From assembly GCA_963842945.1 (NCBI GenBank), contig CAWJIM010000024.1:128001-192000 (forward strand): a stretch of DNA of 64,000 nucleotides. Direction: 5' to 3'. The notes under the pieces are model-generated. The model saw only the letters and a list, made by a program, of their open reading frames with translations, did not search any database and was not told the DNA's origin. The position numbers were made by a program, and so were the translations under genes. Below are positions 45,101 through 55,852 of the stretch, one piece after another (positions within the stretch are counted from its first letter, which is position 1; the number at the start of each line of letters is the position of its first letter). Origin of the DNA: an uncultured Gemmatimonadales bacterium. GTDB lineage: Bacteria; Gemmatimonadota; Gemmatimonadetes; Gemmatimonadales; GWC2-71-9.

Positions 45101-45187
45101 GAGGGCGTACACCCCGCCGGCAGAGAGCAACGCCGCGATCAGGTAGATCGCGGCGCGATACCGCTCCACGACACCGGCAATGCTCAT
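42134..45187 (-). CDS. RND efflux permease (AcrB/CzcA family)
   Basis: 1017 aa; IGLIIDDGVVVVENI, PQMDEG and RLRPILMT motifs. Confidence 0.95.
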   Translation of the reverse strand: MSIAGVVERYRAAIYLIAALLSAGGVYALYTLPAAIYPEVAYPRIVVLGRGGTFEAQEMVVAATRPLEQAMSGLLDLRKIRARTVRGSVELSLDFRPQADMQLALSQVQARLAALQPSLPPEIEVSAERLTPSVFPVLQYELVGADPLVLRDLAEFTVRPRLAGLPDVGEIQVQGGRVRELSVQLDPARLISNRVSLSQVAQAIQTTDVAVAAGRVDRAYKQFAIIVSDLTNTPEQVAQIVVRHTGARVVRVGDLGKVSYAPADQFQIVTGNGEPAALVNVARQPNGSTLRVKEAVQAAIDSIRPLLPSGVRLEPVYDQAALVADSMRSVRDAMLIGGALAVLVLFLLLGRIRTTVAAALTLPITVAITLLGLWIAGDTLNLMSLGGLAVAIGLIIDDGVVVVENIERRLAAHPGEPPAAVIRAGTDEIFGPVAGSTLTTVVVFAPLGLLQGVVGDFFRSFALALATAVLLSFIVAMTVIPAIAIDWIQRRKTAAGERSLPHVHLERLQGGYGRVMEWALARRRLVLLGMAILLVGSLGLIRIMGTGFLPQMDEGGFILDYWAPPGGALAETNRQVQVIERIVARDPDVAAFTRRTGLELGFAATLPNSGDFTVRLKPRNQRSSSVYEVIDRVRVAAEQEAPAVRVEFMQLLQDIIGDLAGAPAPVELKLFSSDQAAAERAALAVSQAVEPIPGLVDLYNGVPGKDSELRIVLDPVRVARLGLTPNAVEADARAALFGTEAGTAREQDRLITIRVRFPDSVRSRPDVADLVPVVGPQEWAPLSQLGTVRDTASASELLRENLRPLVAVTGRVEGRSLGSVMRDVRSALEKVSLPAAVRLEIGGQYASQQQSFRELLAVLALAIGAVLAVLVTQFRGFRGPLAIVLVVPLGLTGAIIMLTLTGVQFNVSSFMGVILLVGLIVKNGILLLDAAVRARHDGLSEEESLVQAGRLRLRPILMTTLCTLVGLIPLALGLGSGAELQRPLAIAVIGGLAVSTAVTLLVLPTMLELLGALRGTG

Positions 45188-46221
45188 CGCCCCGGCACCA
45201 CCCGCATCCCGTCCTGCAGCCCGAAGGCCCCAGTGGTCACCACTCGCTCACCCGGGCTCAGCTGGCCCTGAACCGCCACCCGCTGCCCCTGGCGCACGCC
45301 CGGAACTACGATGCGCTGGTGGACGACGGAGTCACGGCCTACCACGAAGACGGCGTTGCTGTCTCCGGCGAGTACCACCGCAGAGTCGGGGACGATGAGC
45401 GCCTGCGACTCCACGCCGATCAGCACGCGCGCAGTGGCGCCGGCCCCGGCCAGCAGCCTTCGGTCCGGATTGGGTACCCGGACGACGACTTCGCCGGCAT
45501 TGGTCAGGGAATCCACACCGGGTGCCACAGCCCAAATCTTGGCCGGGTGCGGCGTCGTGTCTCCCTCCTGGAAGACCGTCACCGATAGCCCGCTGTGCAG
45601 CCGGCTGAGCCGGCCGGCTGGGACCGCGACGTGGAGATCCAGCGTATCCACCTCGATGATCTCCGCCAGGGGGGTCCCAGCGTCCACCCGTTCACCCCGC
45701 TGGACTCGTACGGTCTGCACCAGACCCGAGAGTGGAGCGTGGATCCGGGTTCGCTCCACCAATGCCTTGGCCGCCTCCGCCGCGGAGCTGGCCTGGCGGG
45801 CCGTAGCCGCGGCTTCCTCGGCGGCGCGCTCAGAGGTGACGCCGTCGTTGAGCAGGCGAGCCTGACGGTCAGCCTCACGTTGCGCCTGGGCTGCCGCCGC
45901 CTCTTTCTGCCGCGCGTCGGCCGCCAGCTCCGGAACATCGAGATCCAGCAGGGCATCGCCCCGTCTGACCCGACTCCCCACCTGCACCCTCACCGCCGAC
46001 ACGATGCCGGCGGCAGGAGCAGTGAGCAGTGCCGACCCTCCAGGCTTCGGGCCCAGCCTGCCGGTGAGCGACAGCTCATCGCGTATACTGTCGCGGACGA
46101 CGGTGGCTACTCCGACGGGAACTCTGGTCTGCGAGAGTGAATTCGATTCGGCTGATCCGGCTTCCGATCGGCTACATCCGGTGAGCACAGCGAGGCAGCT
46201 GAGCCCGAGCAGACACCTCAT
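45184..46221 (-). CDS. RND periplasmic adaptor (MFP)
   Basis: Lipobox, lipoyl half-motifs, IHAPLSG. Confidence 0.92.
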   Translation of the reverse strand: MRCLLGLSCLAVLTGCSRSEAGSAESNSLSQTRVPVGVATVVRDSIRDELSLTGRLGPKPGGSALLTAPAAGIVSAVRVQVGSRVRRGDALLDLDVPELAADARQKEAAAAQAQREADRQARLLNDGVTSERAAEEAAATARQASSAAEAAKALVERTRIHAPLSGLVQTVRVQRGERVDAGTPLAEIIEVDTLDLHVAVPAGRLSRLHSGLSVTVFQEGDTTPHPAKIWAVAPGVDSLTNAGEVVVRVPNPDRRLLAGAGATARVLIGVESQALIVPDSAVVLAGDSNAVFVVGRDSVVHQRIVVPGVRQGQRVAVQGQLSPGERVVTTGAFGLQDGMRVVPGR

Positions 46222-47399
46222 CGGCTAGCGCCGCCGAGTGTGCTCCAATCGGCCAACGCGGTTTGAAACGCGAGCAGGTCCTGAACTCCGGTCAGGGCGG
46301 CGTCGCGTTCGCTGCGCAGCGCGTCCAGCACCGGCAGGATGCCGGTCTCTCCCGCCTGATAGGCGTGCAAGGCGCGCTGCCGCAGCGCCTGGGCCGCCGG
46401 AAGCAAGCTGTCCCGGGCAAAGCGGGCCCGGATACCACTCTCGACGAGATGAATGCGGGTTGCCTCCACTCGCTGAGCCGCCGTCAATCGAGCCTCCCGG
46501 ACCCGGGCTGCCGCTTCGATGGCTCTTGCCTTTGCCTCGGCGGCGCTGCCCGAGCCGTGGTTCCAGAGCGGCACCGGAATCGAAACCCCGAACACCGCCA
46601 GCGCTCCGGCATTGGGCTCCGCCGGATCCTCCCACTCCGCGCCACCCTGCAGGGTGGGTAAGGGAACTCCCGCGATGCCGGCGCTCCGGGCCAGCGCGTC
46701 GGCCGAGCCGGAATCGGCAACGGCAGCGCGCACCGTCGGTATTCGCTCCAGAGACACCGGCTGGACCGCGAGGTTGTCGAGATCGGCATCGAGTCGGTCC
46801 ACCGGGAGCGGCGGCGCCGCGGGGTCGCGCCCCACGGCCCGGCCGAGGTCGCTGGCCGCAACCCGGGCACTCTCTCGAACCGACGAGAGAGTCTGCCGGG
46901 CGCGGGCTGCATCCGCCCGGGCCTGCTCCGCCTCGAGCAGGGAGATATCACCTGCCCGCAAACGGACATTGCTGATCCGGACCACGGAGTCAGAGAGCGC
47001 GGTCTGCGCGAGGCTGAGACTCTCGGCGATGATGGCCGCGCGTGCGGTGTAATACGCCACCCGAACCTCGCGATCCTGATCGGCGACGGTGAGGGAGGAA
47101 TCGGCCTCCGCGGATCCGATGCCGAAGCGGGCGGCCTCCCGGTCGCGGCCCCGGCGAAGCAGCCACTCGAGGGACTGGTCTACGAGAAGGTGATAACGGG
47201 GCGCGGATTCTGAGTGGCTGTAGCTCACGGTGGGATTGGGTACGGTGCCGGCTACCCGGAGAGCGGCCCGCGCCGCATCGACCCGGGCTGACGCCGCAGC
47301 CACAGCGCCACGGGCAGTATGCGCCTGAGCCAGAGCCTGCTGCAGGGTCAGCGTCTGAGACGGACCCTGCAGCAACAGAAGCGCACTGAGGAGTAGCAT
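46218..47399 (-). CDS. TolC-family outer membrane factor
   Basis: Signal peptide; SIPVPLWN and YQAGE...LDA motifs; operon context. Confidence 0.88.
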   Translation of the reverse strand: MLLLSALLLLQGPSQTLTLQQALAQAHTARGAVAAASARVDAARAALRVAGTVPNPTVSYSHSESAPRYHLLVDQSLEWLLRRGRDREAARFGIGSAEADSSLTVADQDREVRVAYYTARAAIIAESLSLAQTALSDSVVRISNVRLRAGDISLLEAEQARADAARARQTLSSVRESARVAASDLGRAVGRDPAAPPLPVDRLDADLDNLAVQPVSLERIPTVRAAVADSGSADALARSAGIAGVPLPTLQGGAEWEDPAEPNAGALAVFGVSIPVPLWNHGSGSAAEAKARAIEAAARVREARLTAAQRVEATRIHLVESGIRARFARDSLLPAAQALRQRALHAYQAGETGILPVLDALRSERDAALTGVQDLLAFQTALADWSTLGGASR

Positions 47400-47488
47400 G
47401 CGCGAACTCGGGGAAAGGGGACAGCCGCTCTGCTACGTCCCGGGACAGGGAGCTGCTAAATGGCCCGATGGAATTCGCGGTGGGACGA

Positions 47489-48037
47489 TCAATGGCCCGA
47501 CGAGTCTCCCCGTCTGTCCGACTCGAACAGGAACCAGGTCCGTCGCTCGGTCTCGTCGATCCACACCTCGATCAGGCTGGCAGTGGCCAGGTCGCGGTGC
47601 TCATCGCAGACGTTGTGCGCCTCGCGCAGCCGCTCGGCCAGACTCTTGTTGTCCTCCCTGAGCTCGGCCAGCATGTCCGACGGCTCCACGAAGTCCGCAT
47701 CATTGTCGCTCACCCGCTGCAGCTGGGCGATGTTTCCAATCGATTTGAGAGTGAGACCACCGATCTTGCGCACCCGCTCGGCGATCGGATCGGTCATGGC
47801 GTACAGCTGATCGGCCTGTTCGTCGAGCAGCAGATGATAGTCCCTGAAATGGGGACCACTCATATGCCAGTGGAAGTTCTTGGTCTTGAGATAGAGGGCG
47901 AAGACATCCGCCAGGATCGCATTCATCATGGCGGAGACTTCCTTGGTGGCCGCGGCGGTCAGGTCGGTCGGCGTCTGTAGCCGGGCATCCCGCCGCTGGG
48001 TCAGAACCTGTCGCTTGGTTGTTGTTGCTGTGCTCAT
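47489..48037 (-). CDS. dps: Dps ferritin-like DNA protection protein
   Basis: KTKNFHWHMSGPHFRDYHLLLDE and DPIAER motifs. Confidence 0.93.
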   Translation of the reverse strand: MSTATTTKRQVLTQRRDARLQTPTDLTAAATKEVSAMMNAILADVFALYLKTKNFHWHMSGPHFRDYHLLLDEQADQLYAMTDPIAERVRKIGGLTLKSIGNIAQLQRVSDNDADFVEPSDMLAELREDNKSLAERLREAHNVCDEHRDLATASLIEVWIDETERRTWFLFESDRRGDSSGH

Positions 48038-48103
48038 CGGTCTGCCTCGTTCAGGGGGTGAGCTAGCGTCTCCTTGCGAAGCGTAACCCCCCGGCTGAGA
48101 CAA

Positions 48104-50224
48104 TCAAGCAGAAGGTGTTCCTCGCCCCCGGACGGCTTGATCGATCAGCACCCGCACCGCCCCGGCCAGGATCTCCAGCGTGAACGGCTTGCTCAGGAAG
48201 GGATGGTCCGGCTCGATCAGGCCCCGCCGGACCATCTCGTCATCGGTGTAGCCGGACATGAAGAGGACCGGAAGTCCCGGCCTCAGCTCGCGGAGGTGGG
48301 CGGCCAGCTCGCGGCCGTTCATGGATGGCATCGCCACGTCGGTAATGACCAGGTCCAGCCGTCCAATACCGGCCCGGATAGCCTCCAGAGCCTCTGCGCC
48401 GTCCCCCGCGCTGAGCACTCGGTATCCCTCGCTCTCCAGGAGCCGGGCAGTCATGCCAAGGACCGCCTGCTCGTCTTCCACCACCAGCACGACCTCACCT
48501 TCATTGGCGCCGACCAGCTCAGGCTCCTTCATCGGCGGTGCCGCACTCGCAGACACGTCCTTTGGCAGGTAGATCTTGAAGGTGGCGCCCTGGCCCGGCT
48601 CGCTGTATGCCCAGATGTATCCGTCGGATTGCTTCACGATGCCATAGACGGTCGACAGCCCCAGCCCGGTGCCCTGCCCCACCGGCTTGGTGGTGAAGAA
48701 CGGCTCGAACAGGTGGTTCAGGGTCTTGCGGTCGAAGCCGTGCCCGGTGTCGCTCAGGCTGATCAACACATAGGGGCCGGGCCGGATCGCCACATCGGAC
48801 CTGAAACCGGCGTACTCCTGATCCAGCTGGACCGAGCGGGTCTCGATGGTGAGCCGGCCGCCCTGCGGCATGGCATCGCGCGCGTTGAGGGCCAGGTTGA
48901 GCAGCACTTGCTCGATTTGCCCCAGATCGGCGCGTACCGACCCGATCGTCGGGTCGGGACGCAGCACCAGCGTAGTGTCTTCGCCCAGTGTTCGGCGGAG
49001 CACCGGAGCAAACTCCGCAATCACCTGGTTGAGATCGAGCACCTGAGGCCGCAGGATCTGTCGCCGCCCGAAGGCGAGGAGCTGGGCGGTGACCGCCGCA
49101 GTGCGCTGGGCCGCCCGCTGGATGCTCTCCACGTCGGCTCGCACTGGCGGGGGCACATCGCTGCGCTGCAGGATGAAAGAGGCCGCCGAGAGCACCACGC
49201 TCATCTGGTTATTGGTCTCGTGGGCCACTCCTCCGGCGAGCCTGCCCACCGCTTCCATCTGCTGCACCTGGCGAAGATGTTGTTCCACCCGGCGGCGGTG
49301 GGTGACGTCATGGAAGGTGCTCACCGCCGCCACGATGGTTCCGCCTGCGTCCAGAATCGGTGCGGCATTGACGCTCAAGATGGCGCGGATGCCGTCGTGC
49401 CGAATCACTTCAATCTCTTCGCCGTTCACGGTCTCGCCCCGGATTGCGCGAGCGAGCGGCCAATCGTCCGCTTCGTAGGTCCGGCCGTCGCTGTTAAGTC
49501 CGGTGAGTCCGGGTTGTCCGGCGAATTCGCTCGGCAGCTCCTCCGTGCCTCCTCTGAGCTGAGCGACCGTTCGGTTGCGGAAGGTGACCCGGCCTGACGG
49601 GGCCTCGGCCAGAACCACGCCCACCGGGATGTTGTCCAGCACCGTCGCCAGTCGCGCCCGCTCAGCCTCCAGCTCTGCGCGGGCGGCGCGCTCCGCCTGC
49701 CCGAGTCTGGCGTTTTCCGCCACCAGCCGGGCCTGGCGGACTTCCTCGGACAACCGGGCGATCTCGATGGGAGCGGCAGATTGATCGGCGACGGCGGCGA
49801 GCACCATCTCGTCTTCGTCTTCCCAAGGCTCGTTTGCCGGGCGGGTCACCGACAGGAGGCCGGTGACTTCTCCCTGCACGATCAGAGGGATGGCCATGAA
49901 GGAGCCCGGAGCTGAGCCCACGAGCACACTTTGCAGGCGGGTGATGAGGTTCTCGTCCAGCGTTCCCTTAAGGGTGTCGGCCACGCCGGCATCGACCCCT
50001 ACCGAGGCGCGGACGTGGGCCAGCCCATCATCGCCCACCAGCATGACAAGGGTCTGATCTGCATCGAGAATGGCTGCGGCGTGGTTGGCCGCAAGCTGGA
50101 GGATCTGGTCCAGAGACTCCGCCTGCGCCACCGCCCGGCTCAGGCGGGTGAGCTGCCGCAACAGGGTCAGCGCGGGGGGATCGGCCCTGATGCTGCCGCT
50201 GGTCCGGCCGGCGCTACTCGACAT
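48104..50224 (-). CDS. Cytoplasmic hybrid histidine kinase (GAF-PAS-HisKA-HATPase-REC)
   Basis: GRLAGGVAHETNN, NARDAMP, FEPFFTTK and ITDVAMP motifs. Confidence 0.92.
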   Translation of the reverse strand: MSSSAGRTSGSIRADPPALTLLRQLTRLSRAVAQAESLDQILQLAANHAAAILDADQTLVMLVGDDGLAHVRASVGVDAGVADTLKGTLDENLITRLQSVLVGSAPGSFMAIPLIVQGEVTGLLSVTRPANEPWEDEDEMVLAAVADQSAAPIEIARLSEEVRQARLVAENARLGQAERAARAELEAERARLATVLDNIPVGVVLAEAPSGRVTFRNRTVAQLRGGTEELPSEFAGQPGLTGLNSDGRTYEADDWPLARAIRGETVNGEEIEVIRHDGIRAILSVNAAPILDAGGTIVAAVSTFHDVTHRRRVEQHLRQVQQMEAVGRLAGGVAHETNNQMSVVLSAASFILQRSDVPPPVRADVESIQRAAQRTAAVTAQLLAFGRRQILRPQVLDLNQVIAEFAPVLRRTLGEDTTLVLRPDPTIGSVRADLGQIEQVLLNLALNARDAMPQGGRLTIETRSVQLDQEYAGFRSDVAIRPGPYVLISLSDTGHGFDRKTLNHLFEPFFTTKPVGQGTGLGLSTVYGIVKQSDGYIWAYSEPGQGATFKIYLPKDVSASAAPPMKEPELVGANEGEVVLVVEDEQAVLGMTARLLESEGYRVLSAGDGAEALEAIRAGIGRLDLVITDVAMPSMNGRELAAHLRELRPGLPVLFMSGYTDDEMVRRGLIEPDHPFLSKPFTLEILAGAVRVLIDQAVRGRGTPSA

Positions 50225-51633
50225 GCACCCCGCTGCCGGTGATCCGGAGGGTGTGCACCTTGTCGTCGTGGTGGCTGGCTCGGGTCTTATAGATGCTGAT
50301 GTAGCGCCGGAGCCGCTTTCCCCGGTTCACCTCGAGAAGGATCAGGTTGTCGCAGAGGTAGCTCAGGCGTCCGAAGGCCGTCGCCGGAGCCGAGCTTCCC
50401 AGCGGGCCCTGGGCGGTGTCTTCCAGCATCAGCACCGCGGTTATCCCGCGCACCGTGAACCGCTGCACCAGGGCATACAGGTAGTCGTGAACCCGCTGCT
50501 GGTCGCTGGCCGCCATGGACAGGTCGCCCACCGCGTCGATCACCACCCGCCTGATTCCATGGGCCTTGATCAGCTGGAACATCTCGACGATGGTCCGGTC
50601 GATCTGCAGCTCCACGGCGCTGGTGTACAGGAAGTGAAGATCGGGCCGCCCATTGCCGGCCCCCGTGGGATCCAGGGTGTTGAGGATGCTCCCCAACTGC
50701 GTGGGGTTTTCCTGGAAATTCACGTAAAGGGTGGGCTCGCTGGCCGCAGCACCGGCCAGGGCGAATTGCAGTCCCAGGGTGGTTTTTCCCGAGCCGGTGG
50801 GCCCGATGACCAGCGAGGTGGTCCCGCGCCGGAGTCCTCCGCCCAACATGGCATCGAGCCCCTCGATGCCGGTCCCCACCCGCTCGTCGGATATCTGATA
50901 CTCCTTGGGGACAACGCGGACTGACGAGCCGGGGGTAGACCTGGACTCCCTCGGCGGTGATGTGAATGGCGTGGAGCCCCTCCAGGTACGAGCTTCCCCT
51001 GAGCTTACTCACCCGCATGAAGCGCTCGTCGGTGGTCGTCCGCTTCTGGCGGGCGAACTCCACGATCCCGTCTGCCACGGCAAACTCGGGGTAGCGCGCG
51101 ATGTCGTCGAGGCAGTACTCCCCCACCAGGACGGTCGTCGTGGCGTAGGCGCTGAGCAGGCCGCCCAGGGTGGAGATCAGCTCCCGGATTTCACGGGGAG
51201 AGCTCGACAGATCGTGGATGACCTTGAAGGAATCGATGACGATGAGCTTGGGGCCCAGCGTCTCGATTGCGGTGCGGATATGGCTGATGAGGGCACCCGG
51301 ACCCTCCTGCACCAGGGCCGCCCCGATATCCTCGTACACCACCGCTGTTCCCAGCTTGGCCTCGTCATAAAAATGGAACCGCTGGAGATAGGTGATCACC
51401 TTGCTCAACGGCTCCGACAGCGTGGTCAGGTAGAGCACCGGCCGCTCACCGTCTGCGTTGGCGAACAGCAACTGCTCGGCGAAGAGCGTCTTCCCGGTGC
51501 CGGGCTCACCCATCACGATATTGATCGAGCTGGGCAGAAACCCTCCGCCCAGGACTAGATCTGCCTCCCGGTTTCCGGTGGATATCCGGACGTCAGGCGC
51601 GGCTCCGGCAACCCTGTCAGGAGCGGCACTCAT
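50214..51633 (-). CDS. Double-domain KaiC-like (RAD55 family) ATPase; frameshift near 50910
   Basis: Two Walker A motifs (GEPGTGKT, GPTGSGKT), IVIDS/VVIDA, KLRGS/KTRAS. Confidence 0.9.
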
Positions 51634-52082
51634 GGGCGAGACTCCCTAGCTGCGGGGGATTTGCTGTCCTGCCTGGCGGACCGGGCGTTGAGCACGCTGC
51701 GAACCCGTTCTTTCAGCACTTGAGGCGAGAGTGGCTTGGGGAGGAACGCGTCGGCGCCGGCGTCTTTGGCCCGGCTCTCGGCTGACAGCAGGCTGAATAC
51801 GAGAATGGCGATGTCGCTGGTGGCCGGGTCGGACTTGAGCCGGCGGCAGAGCGCCAGACCGTCCAGCTTGGGAACCAGAATTTCGGTGATGATGACGTTG
51901 GGATGGAGCTGTTGGGCCAGCTCCAGCGCCTTCAATCCATCATCGGCAAAAGTGACGCTGAACCCGGCTTCGCTGAGGAAGAACGTCTCCAGCTCCCGCA
52001 CGTAGGGATCGCGTTCCACACACAAGATCACCGCGCGGCCGGGATCGACTGATCCGGACCGGGAAGAAGCCGAAGCGCTCAC
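51630..52082 (-). CDS. Stand-alone atypical receiver domain; start uncertain
   Basis: CVERD, IITEILVPKLDG (E at the phospho-Asp position), GADAFLPKP. Confidence 0.8.
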   Translation of the reverse strand: MSASASSRSGSVDPGRAVILCVERDPYVRELETFFLSEAGFSVTFADDGLKALELAQQLHPNVIITEILVPKLDGLALCRRLKSDPATSDIAILVFSLLSAESRAKDAGADAFLPKPLSPQVLKERVRSVLNARSARQDSKSPAARESRP

Positions 52083-52167
52083 AAAGACCTTAGACAGAAG
52101 ATTGGGGGGCCCGGATCCCAGCCATGAGCAAGTCAAAACTAGGCCTGCTGGTGGCGGAGGCAAGTTA

Positions 52168-53101
52168 TCAGCCGGACCAGTCCCGCGGCTCCAGCATGGC
52201 GAGCAACTCGAGCCTCAAAGGACCCCGCCGGGTACTCCGGCGAATACTCCCAGGCGGCCAACGGCGGCAGGCTCATCAACACGCTCTCGATCCGGGCGCC
52301 GGTCTGCAGGCCGAACAGGGTTCCCCGGTCGTGCACCAGGTTGAACTCGACGTAGCGTCCCCGGCGGGCCAGCTGAAACCGGCGCTCCCGCTCGCCATAG
52401 GCGGTGTCCCGGCGCCGCTCGACAATGGGAGCATAGGCCGACTCGAGGACGCCACCGACGTCGGTCACGAACCCCAGCAGGCGTTCGAGGCAGAGTCCGC
52501 CCTCTCCCGCCCGCAGGTTGTCGAAGAAGATCCCGCCGACCCCCCGCCGTTCGTCGTTCCGGTGCGTGTTTACGAAGTAGTGATCGCACCAGAGCTTGAA
52601 CCGGGGGTAGAAGGCCGGGTGGTGCCGGTCGCAGGCGGCCTTGAGCGTGCGGTGGAAGTGGGCGGCGTCTTCCGGATAGGGATACGTCGGAGTGAGATCG
52701 GTGCCTCCCCCGAACCAGGCATCCACCGGCTCCCCCTCGGCATCCCCGATCTCGAAGTACCGAACGTTGAGGTGAACCGTGGGAATCATCGGGCTCCGGG
52801 GATGGACCACCAGGCTCATTCCGGTCACGAAGAACGTGGCGGCCCGTGCCCCCTGAGCCCCGATTCGCTGCGCCAGGTCCGGCGCCAAAGTGCCTTCGAC
52901 CAGCGAGCGGTTGATGCCGGCTTTCTCGAAGGTGACGCCTTCAGTGAGCGCCCGGCTTACCCCGCCGCCCCCGCCCTCGCGCTCCCACCGGTCTTCCCGA
53001 AAGGCCCCGCCGCGATCCAGCCCGGTAAAGAGCTCGGTAGCCGCATCGTGGAGCTGAGTGATTCGCGCTGTGACCTCGCGGCGGAAGTCCGGCGGCATCA
53101 T
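52168..53101 (-). CDS. hemF: O2-dependent coproporphyrinogen III oxidase; frameshift near the 3' end
   Basis: FEKAGIN, HLNVRYF, WFGGGTDLTP and RRGRYVEFNL motifs. Confidence 0.94.
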
Positions 53102-54132
53102 GAGCTCGCGCCACTCGCGTACGGCATCGACGAAGGCCTTGGCGTGCGCGACCGGCGTGTCCGGGAGAATGCCATGTCCCAGGTTCGCGATGTGGGACCG
53201 TCCCCCGAAGGCCTCGAGCATGCGTTGAGTTCGCTTCCGCAGCAGTTCGGGCGGGGCATACAGCCAGCAGGGATCGAGGTTCCCCTGCAGCGTCACCTGG
53301 TCGGCCGGCAGCCTCCGCCGGGCTTCGGCGGCGTCAGTCTGCCAGTCGACTCCGATCACGTCCGCTCCGGTGGACCGGGCGATCTCCTCCAGCGCCCATC
53401 CCGAGCCGGGACAGAACGCAATGACCGGCGCTCCGGCCTTGCGAGCCACGCCGTACGGCCTCACTCATATAAGGAAGGGCAAACTCGCGGAAATCGCTGG
53501 GAGCCAGGGCCCCGGACCAGGAATCGAACAGCTGCAGCACCTGCGCTCCAGCGCTCACCTGGGCAGCCAGGAAGTCACCCACCAGTCGCGCCAGCCGCCC
53601 CAGCATGGCATGCGCCGTGGAGGGCGACTCCACCAGCAACCGCTTGGCGTAGCTGAACGACTTGGAGCCTGCCCCTTCAATCATATAGCTGAGCAGGGTC
53701 CACGGTGCGCCGGCAAACCCGATCAACGGCACCCGACCCTCCAGCTCTCGCCGAGCCAGCCGCAAGGCCGCGAGCACGTAGCCCAGACCTTCCTCCGGCG
53801 ACACGTCCCGCAGCCGTTCGAAATCCTGAGGCGAGCGCAAAGGTTGATGGAACCGCGGACCCACTCCTTCGTCGACCGACAACCGCATCCCCATGGCCTG
53901 GGGCACAACCAGGATGTCGCTGAAGATGATCGCCGCATCCACACCGACCAGATCCACCGGCTGAAGGGTGACCTCTACCGCCAGCTCTGGTGTTCTCACC
54001 ATGGTGAGAAAGTCGGCCCGCTCCCGAACAGCTCGATACTCCGGGCAGATAGCGGCCGGCCTGGCGCATCATCCAGACCGGCGGGCGCTCTACCGGCTCC
54101 TTGCGGCAGGCCCGCAGCAGCAGATCGTTCAC
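53098..54132 (-). CDS. hemE: Uroporphyrinogen decarboxylase; frameshifts
   Basis: [28 protein letters not shown] and NLGHGI motifs. Confidence 0.94.
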
Positions 54133-54133
54133 G

Positions 54134-54878
54134 TTAGCGCGGCGACAGGAGCCCCGCGATCGCCGAAACGAGAGCCGGGGTGGAGGGAGCGGAGGGGATC
54201 GCGGCGGGTTGCCACCCGGCGGATCGCGCCGCAGCGGCAGTGGTGGGGCCGATGGCAATCAGAGCCGGCCGAGTGGAAGGAGGACAAGCTTCCACCACAA
54301 GCTGAACCACGCTGGGACTGGCGACGAGTACGATCGAGGCTCCAGATACGCGCAGCCCTTGCCTCTTCGGGGCTCGCCAGCACCATTCTGTAGCATATCA
54401 CCTCGTCAACGACCAGTCCGTTCGATCGCAAGATGGCGGGGAGCTCGTCACGACGGTTCTCGCCGCAGGGAAACAGCACCGGACCTGCCGCGCCGGCGGA
54501 CAGCATTACCCGGGCAAGCTGCTCGGCGGCGCCCAGGCCGGCATTCGGCTCGGGAAAGCTTCCCTGGACCGAGCCCAGGGTGCCCTGCAGTGCCTCCGCT
54601 GTGGCCGCTCCGACCACCCACACTCTGGGAGTGTGACCCACCCAGCTGATGGCGCACGCTCGAATCCGATTGGCGACCGCGGCTGCGGCGCGGGGCGAGG
54701 TGAGCGCGAGCGAACCGTAGCGGTCTCGGTGATTCAGCGCCTCATCCATCCGGGCCCAGTCTTCCGGCGGCTGGGAGCTGATCAGGGGACGCTCGATGGC
54801 CTGCACCGAAATCTTCTGCAGCTCGTCGGCCAGTCCGGAGAACGAGCCGGACGAGGCGGTGATGACCAGTTTCTCCAT
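54134..54878 (-). CDS. hemD: Uroporphyrinogen-III synthase; frameshift near 54355
   Basis: [16 protein letters not shown] and ICYR motifs; the corrected tail has ASPS...AIGPTTA. Confidence 0.82.
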
Positions 54879-55852
54879 CAAGGCTCGCTGATGACTGGGA
54901 CTCCGGTTCGGGCGTGAGCGAGAATCTCTCCGGCCCCCTGCTCCAGCAGCTCGTCGGCCAGTACCGATCCCAGCTCCCGCGCATCCGCCTCACTGGTCAC
55001 CCCACGCCGCTGCCGCCCCTCGATCAGTGTCCTTCCGTCCGGAGCGACGACCCGCCCGTGCAGCTGGAGCACGTCGCCCCGCTCTCCCTGCCGTTCGGCA
55101 TATGCCGCTATGGGGACCTGGCATCCCCCCTCCAGCCGCGATAAGAACGCCCGCTCCGCCGAGATGGTGAGTGCGGTCCCAGCATCGTGCAGCGCGGAGC
55201 GGACCAGCGCGAGAACCGACTCATCGTCCGTCCGCACCGTTATGGCCAGAGCGCCCTGCCCCGGTGCCGGCAACAGCAGGTCGGGAGCGAGCCGCTCGCC
55301 AATCCGATTTTCCGCCCCGAGTCGCACCAGTCCAGCGGTGGCGAGAACGATAGCCGACCACTCCGCAGTGGCCGCGAGCTTGGCGAGACGGGTATCGACG
55401 TTGCCCCGAATATCCACGATCTGCAGATCGGGACGGTGATACAGCAGCTGCGCGCGGCGCCGGAGACTGCTGGTGGCCAGAATCGCGCCTCGAGGCAGGC
55501 CTTCCCAGCTGATGGCGCTCCGGCCGACCAGCGCGTCTCGCGGATCTTCGCGCTGGCCTACAGCTCCGATGACGATGCCGTCCGGCAGCCGGGTGGGGAG
55601 GTCCTTCAGGGAGTGGACTGCGAGGTCGATCCGGCCTGCGAGCAGCGCGTCGTCGATCTGCTTGGTAAACAGCGCCCGGCTTCCGATCCGGGAGAGAGGA
55701 ACGTCGGGCGTGAGGTCGCCCGTGGTCTTGATCTCGACCGGCTCCGCGCTGAATCCAGCCGCTGCCAGCAGCGATCGCACTCGTTCGGTTTGCCAGCGGG
55801 CGAGTGCACTGCCCCGGGTACCGATCCGGAGCGGTCGGTGCGGCAGACTCAA
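54878..55852 (-). CDS. hemC: Hydroxymethylbilane synthase
   Basis: [27 protein letters not shown] and EGGCQVP motifs. Confidence 0.96.
   Translation of the reverse strand: MSLPHRPLRIGTRGSALARWQTERVRSLLAAAGFSAEPVEIKTTGDLTPDVPLSRIGSRALFTKQIDDALLAGRIDLAVHSLKDLPTRLPDGIVIGAVGQREDPRDALVGRSAISWEGLPRGAILATSSLRRRAQLLYHRPDLQIVDIRGNVDTRLAKLAATAEWSAIVLATAGLVRLGAENRIGERLAPDLLLPAPGQGALAITVRTDDESVLALVRSALHDAGTALTISAERAFLSRLEGGCQVPIAAYAERQGERGDVLQLHGRVVAPDGRTLIEGRQRRGVTSEADARELGSVLADELLEQGAGEILAHARTGVPVISEP

Noticed and set aside
42245..45271. 1008-aa plus-strand ORF and other long antisense ORFs
   Set aside because: These are shadows of real GC-rich genes on the opposite strand and have no motifs.
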